The notes: generated by a model from the letters alone, not told the origin. Counted from the stretch's first letter, positions 47,297 to 56,051 are shown. The stretch is 64,000 nt of DNA from a bacterium (GCA_037127795.1 JBAXXQ010000001.1:6842-70841); one strand, 5' to 3'. Made by a program: numbers and translations.

Positions 47297-48089
47297 ATTG
47301 GTGGTGTGTAACACCCAATTCCCTATCCAGTCTTTTTGCTTCAGCCCAAGCGAGCTCGTAGATTTTTTTCATAGCATCAGCAATTTCTGCACTTTCTATA
47401 ATAATACCAAGCTTTTCTCGCCATGAAGCGATCATGATTTTATTATCATAGATATTTATTTCTGGGTGGAATCCATACCTATCAGACGGTATAAAAACAG
47501 AATCACGAAGCTCTGCTGTGTCATGCCTTGCGAGATCTCTCCCTTCGGCATTATCAGTAAAAATAGCACGTATTGGTATACCTTTTTCTGCACGACGCTT
47601 GTAGTACAAGGGAAAATATCCAGGGAGTGCCGCGTGTACATCATCGACACTCGCATATGCACGTATCGGCTCAAGAGAGCTCAACGTATCTTCATATACC
47701 TCCTTCAAACCTTCTACCCCCTCATAAAATCGTACTTGTGGGCGCCCCGCAACATTGTGCATTGATTTTAATGTAGGTATAACAGTGCGCACACGTACAA
47801 GCTCTTTTTGTAAAGATTCCAACTTACTAGAGATAAGTATATCGAGCTTGTCTGGTGATTCTGCAATATACTCTTGTTTTGGCTTCTTACCTGAAATACT
47901 AGCGAGCCCTTTTGACACCAATCTATCCAAAATATCATACCCTGTTGTTCTATTAAGGAGTGCTTTTCTAGAAATTTGTGAAACGGTACCTTTTCCAAGC
48001 CCCAAAAGCGCTATATACACAGCAAATTCATTATCAGAGATTCCTACAAGTTGTAGTTGTTTTTGTAATATATCAAGCTCTTTATCCAT
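47295..48089 (-). CDS. TrmB-family transcriptional regulator, paralog 4
   Basis: Starts LQLVGISDNEFAVYIALLGLGKGTVSQISRKALLNRTTGYDILDRLVSKGLA, a winged HTH, and has TrmB-like length. Confidence 0.65.
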   Translation of the reverse strand: MDKELDILQKQLQLVGISDNEFAVYIALLGLGKGTVSQISRKALLNRTTGYDILDRLVSKGLASISGKKPKQEYIAESPDKLDILISSKLESLQKELVRVRTVIPTLKSMHNVAGRPQVRFYEGVEGLKEVYEDTLSSLEPIRAYASVDDVHAALPGYFPLYYKRRAEKGIPIRAIFTDNAEGRDLARHDTAELRDSVFIPSDRYGFHPEINIYDNKIMIASWREKLGIIIESAEIADAMKKIYELAWAEAKRLDRELGVTHHQ

Positions 48090-48252
48090 ATCTACATGGT
48101 ATCATCTCTATATTTTGTGTCAACTGCTTCCCACAATTCTTATATTTATATATATAAATAAAAGGTTTTTATGCAAATACTACTTGACATATAATTGACT
48201 TTCTGCTATATTATATTTAAATTAATTCTTTCACAAAATAAAAACAACTAAA

Positions 48253-48672
48253 ATGAAATTTATTATTCAAGTTCTCGCACACACAATAGAGAATATTATC
48301 TTTTTTCTTCCAATTATTTGTATCAGCTTAAAATATGAAGACTTAATCAATGTCTTAATATGTGAGTTAGTATTAATTTACGGACTACCTATAACTGATA
48401 AATTAATCAATTATAAAAGAGATTATCCTGACTATGAAAGGGTTATAGCTAACAATTTAGGTGTAACATTAGCCTTTCTTGGTAATCTTTTTATAGCAAC
48501 TTTATTATGTCTAGGAAAATATAAAATTATAAAAGGATATCAATATTATATTCCTGGTTTTATAGATGATTTTTTCTCCAATAAAGATATTGCATTAAAG
48601 TTGGTGTCTATTGTGCTTGCATGGGTACTTACCTATTTAGCGTACAGAAAAGCAAAAGAAGAAGAATATTAA
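48253..48672 (+). CDS. Hypothetical multi-TM membrane protein
   Basis: 139 aa with three or four hydrophobic helices. Confidence 0.45.
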   Translation: MKFIIQVLAHTIENIIFFLPIICISLKYEDLINVLICELVLIYGLPITDKLINYKRDYPDYERVIANNLGVTLAFLGNLFIATLLCLGKYKIIKGYQYYIPGFIDDFFSNKDIALKLVSIVLAWVLTYLAYRKAKEEEY

Positions 48673-48673
48673 C

Positions 48674-48704
48674 CAAAAAACCCTGCAAATGCAGGGTTTT
48701 TCTT
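48674..48704. terminator. Bidirectional terminator, copy 2 of the duplicated terminator sequence
   Basis: The sequence aaaaccctgcaaatgcagggtttttcttatttttt is the same 25-nt core as at 47266. Confidence 0.65.
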
Positions 48705-50217
48705 ATTTTTTGGGTTTTCCGACACCGTGTTTCACATGTAACTGTTTTATTTCTGCGTCATTTACATCTTCTTTTTTCTCTTTCCCTTTCTCGCCGAGGA
48801 TTTTAAGATCCTTATCTTCGAGCTCTTCAAGGTCTTTTACCCTTTCTGAGAGCTGTTCCACAGTGTTTAATGCAGGGTTTTCTAGGACTTCTTCCAAAAG
48901 AACGTGTAAAATCCAGCCCATACGAGGTCCAGCTTTCACGTGTAACACTTCCATAAGATAGATACCGTCTATTGCCAATGCTGAAACAGATATAGGATCG
49001 CGAAGCGCTTCTTCTATCATTGCATGGTATTTGCGAAGTCTATATGGGGCTTCTACCTTTTTCATACCCACCCGATCACATTCGCGGACTTCCATAAGCT
49101 CCCAGATATGCTCCACACCAACCTTTTGAATAATACGGCGGACAGCAGAAAGAGTGATTTGCTCAGTATCTGAGAAAAACATATGATTTCTAACCAGTGA
49201 AACAACCAATTGCTCGGTAACACGATCAACTTTTAATCGATCCAAGATCTTTTTTGCCATACGAGCACCTACTACTTCATGTCCAAAAAACGTATATTTA
49301 TCCTTTTTTGCATCATACCTACGAGTTACAGGCTTGCCTATATCATGAAACAGAGCAGTAAGACGAATTTCACGACCAAACCCTTTATCAGCAGCATGCT
49401 GTAATGCGTGTAACAAATGACTATATACATCGTATATATGAGCACCTTTTTGCTCACAACCTACCCCTTCGAGAAGGTCAGGGATAATATATTTGAGCAA
49501 CCCTGTTCTATATAAGAGATCTACACCAAAAGCGGGAACGGGAGAATCTATTATCTTGAGGAATTCATCTCGAATACGCTCTACAGAAATGTTCGCAATA
49601 CGAGGAGAAAGATCTTCTATAGCAGATAGTGTTTCATGTGAAATAGAAAAACCTAGGGTTGTGGAAAACCTCACCGCGCGCAACATACGTAATGCATCCT
49701 CCATAAAGCGATCTGGCGCATAAAGGACACAACGCAATACTTTGTCGTTTATGTCGTTTTGTCCGTTATATGGGTCTATAAAATGTCGTTTATGTGGATC
49801 ATATGCTATGGCGTTGACTGTAAAGTCCCGACGAGCAAGGTCTTTTTGTATATCTGTTTCATATGTAACAGTATCTGGGTGGCGACTATCCGTATAATCA
49901 GATTCTGAACGATATGTGGTTATTTGGACATGAAACGTTTCATGTGGAACATTTTCTCTATCTGCAGCGTCTTTGGCCATATCAAATACAGTGACCGTAC
50001 CAAAAGTATTTTGGTATACCGTCTTGTATTGATGAAACACCTCTTCGATCTGTTCTGGTAAGGCATTGGTTGTAATATCCCAGTCTTTTGGACTTTTACC
50101 CAAGATACTATCTCGAACACAACCACCAACCAAATACGCCTCAAAACCTGCATCTTGAAGTATTTTAGTTACATGTGAAACAAAAACAGGGATGTTTTCT
50201 ATAGAAATAGATTGCAT
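48703..50217 (-). CDS. cca: CCA-adding tRNA nucleotidyltransferase with an HD domain
   Basis: Contains AYLVGGCVRDSILGKSPKDWDITT (the polymerase-beta head), the HD motif FHDIGKP and a K-rich C-terminus. Confidence 0.85.
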   Translation of the reverse strand: MQSISIENIPVFVSHVTKILQDAGFEAYLVGGCVRDSILGKSPKDWDITTNALPEQIEEVFHQYKTVYQNTFGTVTVFDMAKDAADRENVPHETFHVQITTYRSESDYTDSRHPDTVTYETDIQKDLARRDFTVNAIAYDPHKRHFIDPYNGQNDINDKVLRCVLYAPDRFMEDALRMLRAVRFSTTLGFSISHETLSAIEDLSPRIANISVERIRDEFLKIIDSPVPAFGVDLLYRTGLLKYIIPDLLEGVGCEQKGAHIYDVYSHLLHALQHAADKGFGREIRLTALFHDIGKPVTRRYDAKKDKYTFFGHEVVGARMAKKILDRLKVDRVTEQLVVSLVRNHMFFSDTEQITLSAVRRIIQKVGVEHIWELMEVRECDRVGMKKVEAPYRLRKYHAMIEEALRDPISVSALAIDGIYLMEVLHVKAGPRMGWILHVLLEEVLENPALNTVEQLSERVKDLEELEDKDLKILGEKGKEKKEDVNDAEIKQLHVKHGVGKPKK

Positions 50218-50256
50218 AGATATAATATAAGCCCCTTATATAGTAATTGTATTTTG

Positions 50257-50327
50257 TGCGGCTACAGGGAATCGAACCCTGGTCTCGTCCTTGGCAAGGA
50301 CGCATTCTACCACTAAACCATAACCGC
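50257..50327 (-). tRNA. tRNA-Gly (anticodon GCC)
   Basis: Cloverleaf found by hand. The acceptor stem is GCGGTTA/TAGCCGC, the anticodon stem is CGTCC/GGACG, the loop is TTGCCAA and the T-loop is TTCGATT. No CCA is encoded. Confidence 0.8.
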
Positions 50328-50388
50328 AACAGAAATTAGTATAGATTATTTTTACTTTTTTGTAAATAAATGCTACATTTAGCGTACT

Positions 50389-50460
50389 GCACCTATGGTG
50401 AAATGGATATCACAGCGGTCTTCGGAACCGTTATTCTGGGTTCGAGTCCTGGTAGGTGCA
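50389..50460 (+). tRNA. tRNA-Arg (anticodon TCG)
   Basis: The acceptor stem is GCACCTA/TAGGTGC, the D-stem is GTGA/TCAC, the anticodon stem is GCGGT/ACCGT, the loop is CTTCGGA and the T-loop is TTCGAGT. The T-stem has two G-U pairs. Confidence 0.75.
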
Positions 50461-50470
50461 CAGCGTTTAG

Positions 50471-50498
50471 AAAAACATGCACTGCTGCATGTTTTTTA
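50471..50498 (+). terminator. Hairpin with a T-run downstream of tRNA-Arg
   Basis: The sequence aaaaacatgcactgctgcatgtttttt has the stem ACATGCA/TGCATGT. Confidence 0.55.
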
Positions 50499-50500
50499 GC

Positions 50501-50650
50501 TGTGCAAGGCGGAGACATGTCCGCAGGGCAGTCGAGCCGGGGTCGCGAACACTTTGCAGATTTCGAGCATTAGCGAAGAAATATGCTTAGTGATTTGTGA
50601 CCACAACAACCATCAGCTCCAGCAGGAGCGAGAGTCGAGTCCTATTTTCA
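50501..50650. other. Compact GC-rich segment with local hairpins, a candidate structured RNA of unknown identity
   Basis: Markedly higher G+C than the surrounding AT-rich DNA, with local stems such as gcgga/tccgc and agcat/atgct. There is no convincing ORF, and only a spurious track ORF overlaps the tRNA. It lies between the tRNA-Arg terminator and the yraN promoter region. Confidence 0.3.
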
Positions 50651-50817
50651 CATTATTAAAGACTTTATAACGCGCGTCTTTTACACCTGTCTTTTCTTGT
50701 CTTTTACGATATACTAATTATGTCCTAGAGTTTTCCCCTGTTTTTTACTCAAAAAAGTGCAAAACTGTGGATAACCCTGTGGGTATGTGGGATAAACGAC
50801 GACTTTTAGGGTCTTTT

Positions 50818-51177
50818 ATGAAGCAATTCACCTCAAAAACACAAAAGATTGGCGAATACGGAGAAGAACAAGCGGTGGTGTTTCTCATGAAACAAGGCTT
50901 TAGTATTGTAGATCGCAATGTATCAAACAAGTACGGAGAAATAGATATTATTGGGAAAAAGGGGAAAACATACTACTTTTTTGAAGTAAAAGCAGGGAAG
51001 TATGGTGGTTTTATAAATCCAGCAGAGAATCTTACCCCAGTGAAACTACGAAAATTCCTTATTTCTGTAGAGCATTATTGTTTCATACACAAAATCAAAG
51101 ATTATAGGGTGCAGGGTATTATCGTACTACTACAAGGTGAAAAAGTGTTTTCTGTAGAGTGTATTGATATATATTAA
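50818..51177 (+). CDS. yraN: YraN-family (UPF0102) predicted endonuclease
   Basis: The sequence GEYGEEQAVVFLMKQGFSIVDRNVSNKYGEIDIIGKKGKTYYFFEVKA matches the YraN consensus. The start was set to the internal MKQFTSK. Confidence 0.75.
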   Translation: MKQFTSKTQKIGEYGEEQAVVFLMKQGFSIVDRNVSNKYGEIDIIGKKGKTYYFFEVKAGKYGGFINPAENLTPVKLRKFLISVEHYCFIHKIKDYRVQGIIVLLQGEKVFSVECIDIY

Positions 51178-51220
51178 CAATTCTGGTACTATGGGCTGTA
51201 CAGCTATTTGAAAATTGAGT

Positions 51221-51293
51221 CGGGATGTAGTGTAACGGCTAACATTCCTGTTTTGGGAACAGGCGACTCCGGGTTCGAATCCCGGCATCCCGA
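51221..51293 (+). tRNA. tRNA-Pro (anticodon TGG)
   Basis: The acceptor stem is CGGGATG/CATCCCG, the anticodon stem is CCTGT/ACAGG, the loop is TTTGGGA and the T-arm is CCGGG TTCGAAT CCCGG. Confidence 0.85.
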
Positions 51294-51340
51294 CTCAGTT
51301 TTTAAATGTAGACTGTATATAGTAAAATAGATTATCCGTC

Positions 51341-51411
51341 GCGGGATTAGTTTATCGGTAAAATAACAGTTTTCCAAACTGTGGTGAAGGGTTCGACTCC
51401 CTTATCCCGCA
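51341..51411 (+). tRNA. tRNA-Gly (anticodon TCC)
   Basis: The acceptor stem is GCGGGAT/ATCCCGC, the anticodon stem is ACAGT/ACTGT, the loop is TTTCCAA and the T-arm is AAGGG TTCGACT CCCTT. On folding, positions 34-36 read TCC, so this is Gly rather than Trp-CCA. Confidence 0.7.
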
Positions 51412-51475
51412 CAATACAAAAAATACTCAGGTTTTCCTGGGTATTTTTTGTTATTTATTATGATAAACTATATTT

Positions 51476-52105
51476 ATGAAAAAACTTATTTTTATAGACC
51501 TAGACGGGACACTTACAGATGAATCTACTTGGCTTACACTTAATACCGCACTGGGAATTACAAAAGAAGAAGATGAATTGCTTTTTATTCAATATTTACA
51601 AAACGATATTGCATATGACGATTGGATAAAAAAACTTGTAGAAATACATACATCTCGGGGAAGTATTACAAAAACAGAACTAAAACTAATGGTGGAAAAT
51701 ATTCCTCTTAAAGAGGGGGTATTAGAAATGGTTCTAGATTTACACAGTAAAGGGTTTCATACAGTACTTCTTTCAGGATCTGTAGATTTTATCGTGGAAC
51801 AAATAGCTCAAAAAATTGGGATACGTGCATGGATGGCTTGCTCAAAACTTATTTTTAATGAAAATGAAACACTTATAGATATAATATCTGGTGGTGATGA
51901 AATATACAAAAAAGAAACTCTTGCTGAAAAATACATACAAGATAACGATTTTATGAACGCAGAGATATATGCACTAGGGGATGGAGCAAACGATATTGAG
52001 TTATTTAAAAAATATAAAGGAATACTTATTGGTAATAATAAACATCTAGAACCAATAACCTGGAAAAGTATACAAACACTACAGGAAATAAAAGATTTGA
52101 TATAA
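51476..52105 (+). CDS. HAD-IB family hydrolase (SerB-like)
   Basis: Contains LIFIDLDGTLTD (HAD motif I), LSGSVDF (motif II) and GDGANDIELF (motif IV). Confidence 0.8.
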   Translation: MKKLIFIDLDGTLTDESTWLTLNTALGITKEEDELLFIQYLQNDIAYDDWIKKLVEIHTSRGSITKTELKLMVENIPLKEGVLEMVLDLHSKGFHTVLLSGSVDFIVEQIAQKIGIRAWMACSKLIFNENETLIDIISGGDEIYKKETLAEKYIQDNDFMNAEIYALGDGANDIELFKKYKGILIGNNKHLEPITWKSIQTLQEIKDLI

Positions 52106-52118
52106 TATACCCACCACT

Positions 52119-52189
52119 GCGAGTATGGTTTAGTGGTAGAATGCGACCTTCCCAAGGTTGAGACCGGGGTTCGATTCCCCGTACTCGCA
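52119..52189 (+). tRNA. tRNA-Gly (anticodon CCC)
   Basis: The acceptor stem is GCGAGTA/TACTCGC, the anticodon stem is CGACC/GGTTG, the loop is TTCCCAA and the T-arm is CGGGG TTCGATT CCCCG. It is a close paralog of the GCC tRNA. Confidence 0.8.
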
Positions 52190-52224
52190 CAAAAAAAGCT
52201 GCCTATGTATAAAACATAGGCAGA
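52190..52224 (-). terminator. Terminator for the minus-strand gene 52245-52601
   Basis: The hairpin ctgcctatgt..acataggcag has a T-run on the minus strand, seen as the caaaaaaag A-run on the plus strand. Confidence 0.55.
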
Positions 52225-52244
52225 CAAAGAACTAAAGCAATCCA

Positions 52245-52601
52245 TTAGGATGTTTGTTTTTGCAAGTATTCTTGCAAGGCAGCGTGATTCAATAAAGATT
52301 CCACACCCTCGATACCGTAAGCAGTAGCTACCTGAACCATTTTAGGTGAGGTGCCGTTCATTGCTTTATGAACAGCTCTTTTAACAGCTACCACCCTTTC
52401 GTGTGATAGACCATCGAACACAAGGGTTTTTACCTTTTTTTCCTTTATCTTTTTAGCTATAACATGAGGTTCCTCATGCTGGTGACTAAAACTCAGACTT
52501 GGAGGGTTATCACCCTTTAGGTGTTTTCCCTTAAGATCATTTTCAACACTAGGACCGCCCTTAGTGTCGGCTCCTGTAACAAACATTACTTTATTACTCA
52601 T
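52245..52601 (-). CDS. Hypothetical protein
   Basis: A 118-aa ORF with no family recognised. Confidence 0.45.
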   Translation of the reverse strand: MSNKVMFVTGADTKGGPSVENDLKGKHLKGDNPPSLSFSHQHEEPHVIAKKIKEKKVKTLVFDGLSHERVVAVKRAVHKAMNGTSPKMVQVATAYGIEGVESLLNHAALQEYLQKQTS

Positions 52602-52655
52602 ATAAATTAATTTTCATAAATACTACTCTTTTATTTAAAAAAGTCAATAAAAATA

Positions 52656-52686
52656 CACAAAAGCCCCTTATATAAGGGGCTTTTGT
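52656..52686. terminator. Bidirectional hairpin terminator downstream of hup
   Basis: The sequence aaaagccccttatataaggggcttttg. Confidence 0.6.
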
Positions 52687-52705
52687 AGAAAAGTGCTAAA
52701 AGAGA

Positions 52706-52978
52706 CTATTTTACAGCGTCTTTAAGTGCTTTTGCTGCACGGAATTTTGGTGCACGACTTGCAGCTACTTTAACTTGTTCACCAGTTTTTGGATTACGAG
52801 CCATACGTGCTGCGCGTGCTTTTACTGAGAAGATACCAAGACCAGCGATAGAAACTTCGCCACCTTTTTTCAAAGTTTTGATGATTTCTTCGATGATACT
52901 TTCTACAACTTCTTCAGCTTGTACTTTTGTACCGCCGATTTTTGCGTGTACGAGTTCAACAATTGCTTGTTTGTTCAT
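52706..52978 (-). CDS. hup: HU-family DNA-binding protein
   Basis: 90 aa with MNKQAIVELVHAK...GFGTF-like arms, and RNPKTGEQVKVAASRAPKFRAAKALKDAV matches the HU/IHF consensus. Confidence 0.9.
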   Translation of the reverse strand: MNKQAIVELVHAKIGGTKVQAEEVVESIIEEIIKTLKKGGEVSIAGLGIFSVKARAARMARNPKTGEQVKVAASRAPKFRAAKALKDAVK

Positions 52979-53113
52979 TGTATATGAGGGGAGACCCCTA
53001 AAGAAACTAATAATAAAAATCTCGTCAATGCGTGCCAGGCAAATGCCTTACGCTTTTATCATTATATAACAAGGGTTTTTTTGCACTATATTGACAAAGG
53101 TATTTTTTGTATC

Positions 53114-53320
53114 TTATTGTTTTTCTTCTTCTACTGGTTTTTCTTCCAAAACACCTGATTTGTTCACACTGAGACCTGCTTGTTGGTCTTCAAAAGCACG
53201 TTCCAAAAGATCATTTGTTTGTGCTGTTGCGATATTTGCTTGTATTTGTTCTGGGGTGAGATCGTTACTAAATTCTTCTACTGTTTCTACTACTGGTGGC
53301 ATTTCATTTATATTTGTCAT
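53114..53320 (-). CDS. Small acidic protein downstream of the TraD-like ATPase
   Basis: About 68 aa from the internal MTNINEMPPVVETVEEF, ending in EEKPVEEEKQ. Low confidence. Confidence 0.3.
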   Translation of the reverse strand: MTNINEMPPVVETVEEFSNDLTPEQIQANIATAQTNDLLERAFEDQQAGLSVNKSGVLEEKPVEEEKQ

Positions 53321-53342
53321 ATACAGAAATATAGCACAAATA

Positions 53343-56036
53343 CTATGATTGGTAACGTGCCATGATTTCTCCATCAACTTCTTCACGAGGTCTTCCAAAT
53401 TTGAGATATGAAAGCTCTTTTATTTTTTCTGCGAGATCTACACTACCACGAGGAGGGAAGGGGGTATGTGAGTTGAATGGTTTTGCAGGTACACCAGCGA
53501 CAAGCATCTTGATATAACAATTAAGGTTTTGTAGTTTCACAATATCTTCTGCAGACACTGTAGGGGAGAATTGTTTTGCAAATACTTCTGCATTCTCAGT
53601 GCTTACACGATGTATCACCATAGAGCCTACGTTACCGAATACTGCATTCTTTATACCTTCATCGAGTTGTTCTATGTATTGGTGTGCAACAGTGAGTGAG
53701 AGGCGATATTTACGCGCTTCAGACAAGATGGTGTTGATTGAGTCTGTAGTAATATTTTGGAACTCATCGATATACAAATAAAAATCATTCACCTGACTCT
53801 TGCCAACAATATCTACACGAGACAATGCAGCCATAGTAATTTTTCCTACAAGCAACAACCCAATAAGGTGTGAGTTGATATCTCCGAGACGTCCTTTTGA
53901 AAGATTTACCAAAAGAATTTTTTTGTTGTCCATGATATCGCGGAAATTAAACGCACTTTTTTGTTGTGCAATTACCGGACGCATAATATCGTTTGAAACG
54001 AATACATCGAACTTGTTTGTAATGTAGGGAACAAAGTTTGCAAGTGCACTTTCTCCTGTTGTTTTTTCTGCACCTTCCCAAAATTGTTTGATGATTGGAT
54101 TTTTACATTTAGATAATTTCATTTGGCGAAATTCTTTGCTTTGCAATACGCGCCCAATCTCAAGAAGGGTACACCCACTCTCTGGGTCTTCCATAACAAG
54201 CCCTGCAGCATTTCTAAAATACTGTTCAAACATAGGACCCCCGGCAACCTTCATATCAAAGAGTTTATTGAAAATAGCGAGCAATTCATTGATTACAAAT
54301 ATCTTTTGTTCAGGATATCGTACATCGTATTCGAGCATATTGAGCCCTATAGGACGGTCTGTATATGCAGGATCAAAATAGATAACATCATCAACACGTT
54401 CTGGGGGAATATTTGCCAAGATGTCTTGAATATCATTGCCGTGTGGATCGATGAAACACACCCCATCACCATTTTTGATATCTTGCAAAATCATGTTTTT
54501 CAAAAATACTGTCTTACCAGTACCAGTCTGTCCGACTACGTAGCAATGTCGCACACGATCTTCTTTTGCAAAAAATACATCACTTGTTTTTCCGCGATAG
54601 GTATTTTGACCCAATACGATACCTGATGATTGCATATTGTTTGGTACTGGTGCAGTAGTTGCATTTACTTCTTTGAGTTCGTTTTTTGCACTGAGTCCTA
54701 CAGGGAAGTGAAAGAGTGTTGCGAGCTCATCGATGTTGCAGAGAATAGTGTTTGCATCGTTCCATACACGATATGAGAAGTTGTGTGTGAACTCATGGAT
54801 GTTTGTTGTTTTGATATCGTTCCATGTCACACTGTTACCACCGACAAGCGCAAATTGATTGAATGATGACTTGATTGTTGCAAGAGTATTTTTTGCCTTA
54901 TCAAAACTATGTGATGTCGCAATAATACGAAACTGACATTCGATCATTTGTGATTTTATTTTTTTGCGAGCAAGTTCAATACCTGCAGTATCTATTTTTT
55001 TATCTTCTGTTTTTTCTTCGCCAGCTGGCGAATCAAAAAAAGACATCAAGCCTTTTACTACTCCTTTTGCAACAGATTCATGTGCGAGCTCATATTCTTT
55101 TTTAATAGTATTACCAGTTTTTTCTGCTTGATCGATAATGTGTGAAAACAAGTCGTATTCTGATTTGTCTATTTTTGTAGATACGAGAAATTGTATTGCT
55201 GCACCATCGCCTTTTGCTTGAAGACTTGAGAGAGATGAGACCAATGCTGCGAGCGGGTCATGAGAATATGCATCATCTGTCTGCATAGGGAATATATATG
55301 GTTGTGCCAAGTTGAGCACACTTCCGACAATGGCAGTACCCTCAGGTGAGAAAATATTGTAGTCATCACTTACTTCTTCGACAGTTGCATTGGGATAATA
55401 CGCAACAACGAGTTTTTGAAAAACATCTTCGACACCATTTGGTACTGATGCATAGAGCACTATATCTTTGCCTTCGTGCTCTACAGCGAGCTCAAGGGTA
55501 TAGTAGCGAGGTTTTTTTTCATCTATTGCCATCCCTACATAAAACTGTTTCATGGCTTGGATAAAGGTCTTGAACAACGTCGTACTATCACTGTCTGTAG
55601 TTGGGGGGAGTGTTACAGAAAATAGTGTATGCTCGAGGGTTTCAGCAAGACTACCAGGCTCAGAAAGCCCAGGAATTGCTTTGATAGTACGCAAATATTG
55701 CACCAAAAATCTGTGAAAATCATCATCGAGGTGTGGATCATTCATTTTTGACACAACATCAAGCGCGTTTTTAATGCCTTTTTCTAGAACAATCCCAAAA
55801 AGCATTTCAATACGAGCATCATGAGACTCCGGCGCAAGATTGAGCACAATACGCTCTGTTTCATGCTCTGGAAGTATGTGTGATTCATGGAGAAATTCTT
55901 TTGCTTCTGCGCGTGCATAATCCCGAAGCGCGTTTTCTGCAGATACCCCAGGAGCTTCTTTGTGCTCATTCTGGCGATGCATCATTGAATCTTGTAAATA
56001 ACTAATTTCTTTTGAAAGTGGTGATTGTTCTAACAT
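53343..56036 (-). CDS. Large P-loop ATPase of the TraD/VirD4/HerA (DUF87-like) type. It is a candidate type IV coupling protein or DNA translocase with an N-terminal domain of about 470 aa of unknown function.
   Basis: 897 aa with Walker A CYVVGQTGTGKTVFLKN, a Walker B-like LYIDEFQNI, and a C-terminal TVAHQY..VFGNVGSMVIHRV segment reminiscent of TraD/TrwB-family ATPases. Confidence 0.55.
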   Translation of the reverse strand: MLEQSPLSKEISYLQDSMMHRQNEHKEAPGVSAENALRDYARAEAKEFLHESHILPEHETERIVLNLAPESHDARIEMLFGIVLEKGIKNALDVVSKMNDPHLDDDFHRFLVQYLRTIKAIPGLSEPGSLAETLEHTLFSVTLPPTTDSDSTTLFKTFIQAMKQFYVGMAIDEKKPRYYTLELAVEHEGKDIVLYASVPNGVEDVFQKLVVAYYPNATVEEVSDDYNIFSPEGTAIVGSVLNLAQPYIFPMQTDDAYSHDPLAALVSSLSSLQAKGDGAAIQFLVSTKIDKSEYDLFSHIIDQAEKTGNTIKKEYELAHESVAKGVVKGLMSFFDSPAGEEKTEDKKIDTAGIELARKKIKSQMIECQFRIIATSHSFDKAKNTLATIKSSFNQFALVGGNSVTWNDIKTTNIHEFTHNFSYRVWNDANTILCNIDELATLFHFPVGLSAKNELKEVNATTAPVPNNMQSSGIVLGQNTYRGKTSDVFFAKEDRVRHCYVVGQTGTGKTVFLKNMILQDIKNGDGVCFIDPHGNDIQDILANIPPERVDDVIYFDPAYTDRPIGLNMLEYDVRYPEQKIFVINELLAIFNKLFDMKVAGGPMFEQYFRNAAGLVMEDPESGCTLLEIGRVLQSKEFRQMKLSKCKNPIIKQFWEGAEKTTGESALANFVPYITNKFDVFVSNDIMRPVIAQQKSAFNFRDIMDNKKILLVNLSKGRLGDINSHLIGLLLVGKITMAALSRVDIVGKSQVNDFYLYIDEFQNITTDSINTILSEARKYRLSLTVAHQYIEQLDEGIKNAVFGNVGSMVIHRVSTENAEVFAKQFSPTVSAEDIVKLQNLNCYIKMLVAGVPAKPFNSHTPFPPRGSVDLAEKIKELSYLKFGRPREEVDGEIMARYQS

Positions 56037-56051
56037 GTCTCAAGTATATAC

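Noticed and set aside
50370-50573. 67-aa plus-strand ORF
   Set aside because: It overlaps the hand-folded tRNA-Arg and the GC-rich structured segment. Its composition reflects RNA structure rather than coding.
50501-50650. Assigning the GC-rich segment to tmRNA, SRP RNA or RNase P RNA
   Set aside because: The conserved cores (SRP GGAAGCAG-type domain IV, RNase P GGAAAGUCCGG, tmRNA 5' GGGG...UUCGAC plus a T-arm) are not recognisable by eye, and the length is wrong for RNase P and tmRNA. It is left as unassigned.
51341-51411. First-pass call of this tRNA as Trp (CCA)
   Set aside because: With the anticodon stem fixed by the perfect 5-bp pairing ACAGT/ACTGT, the 7-nt loop is TTTCCAA. Positions 34-36 are therefore TCC, which is Gly.
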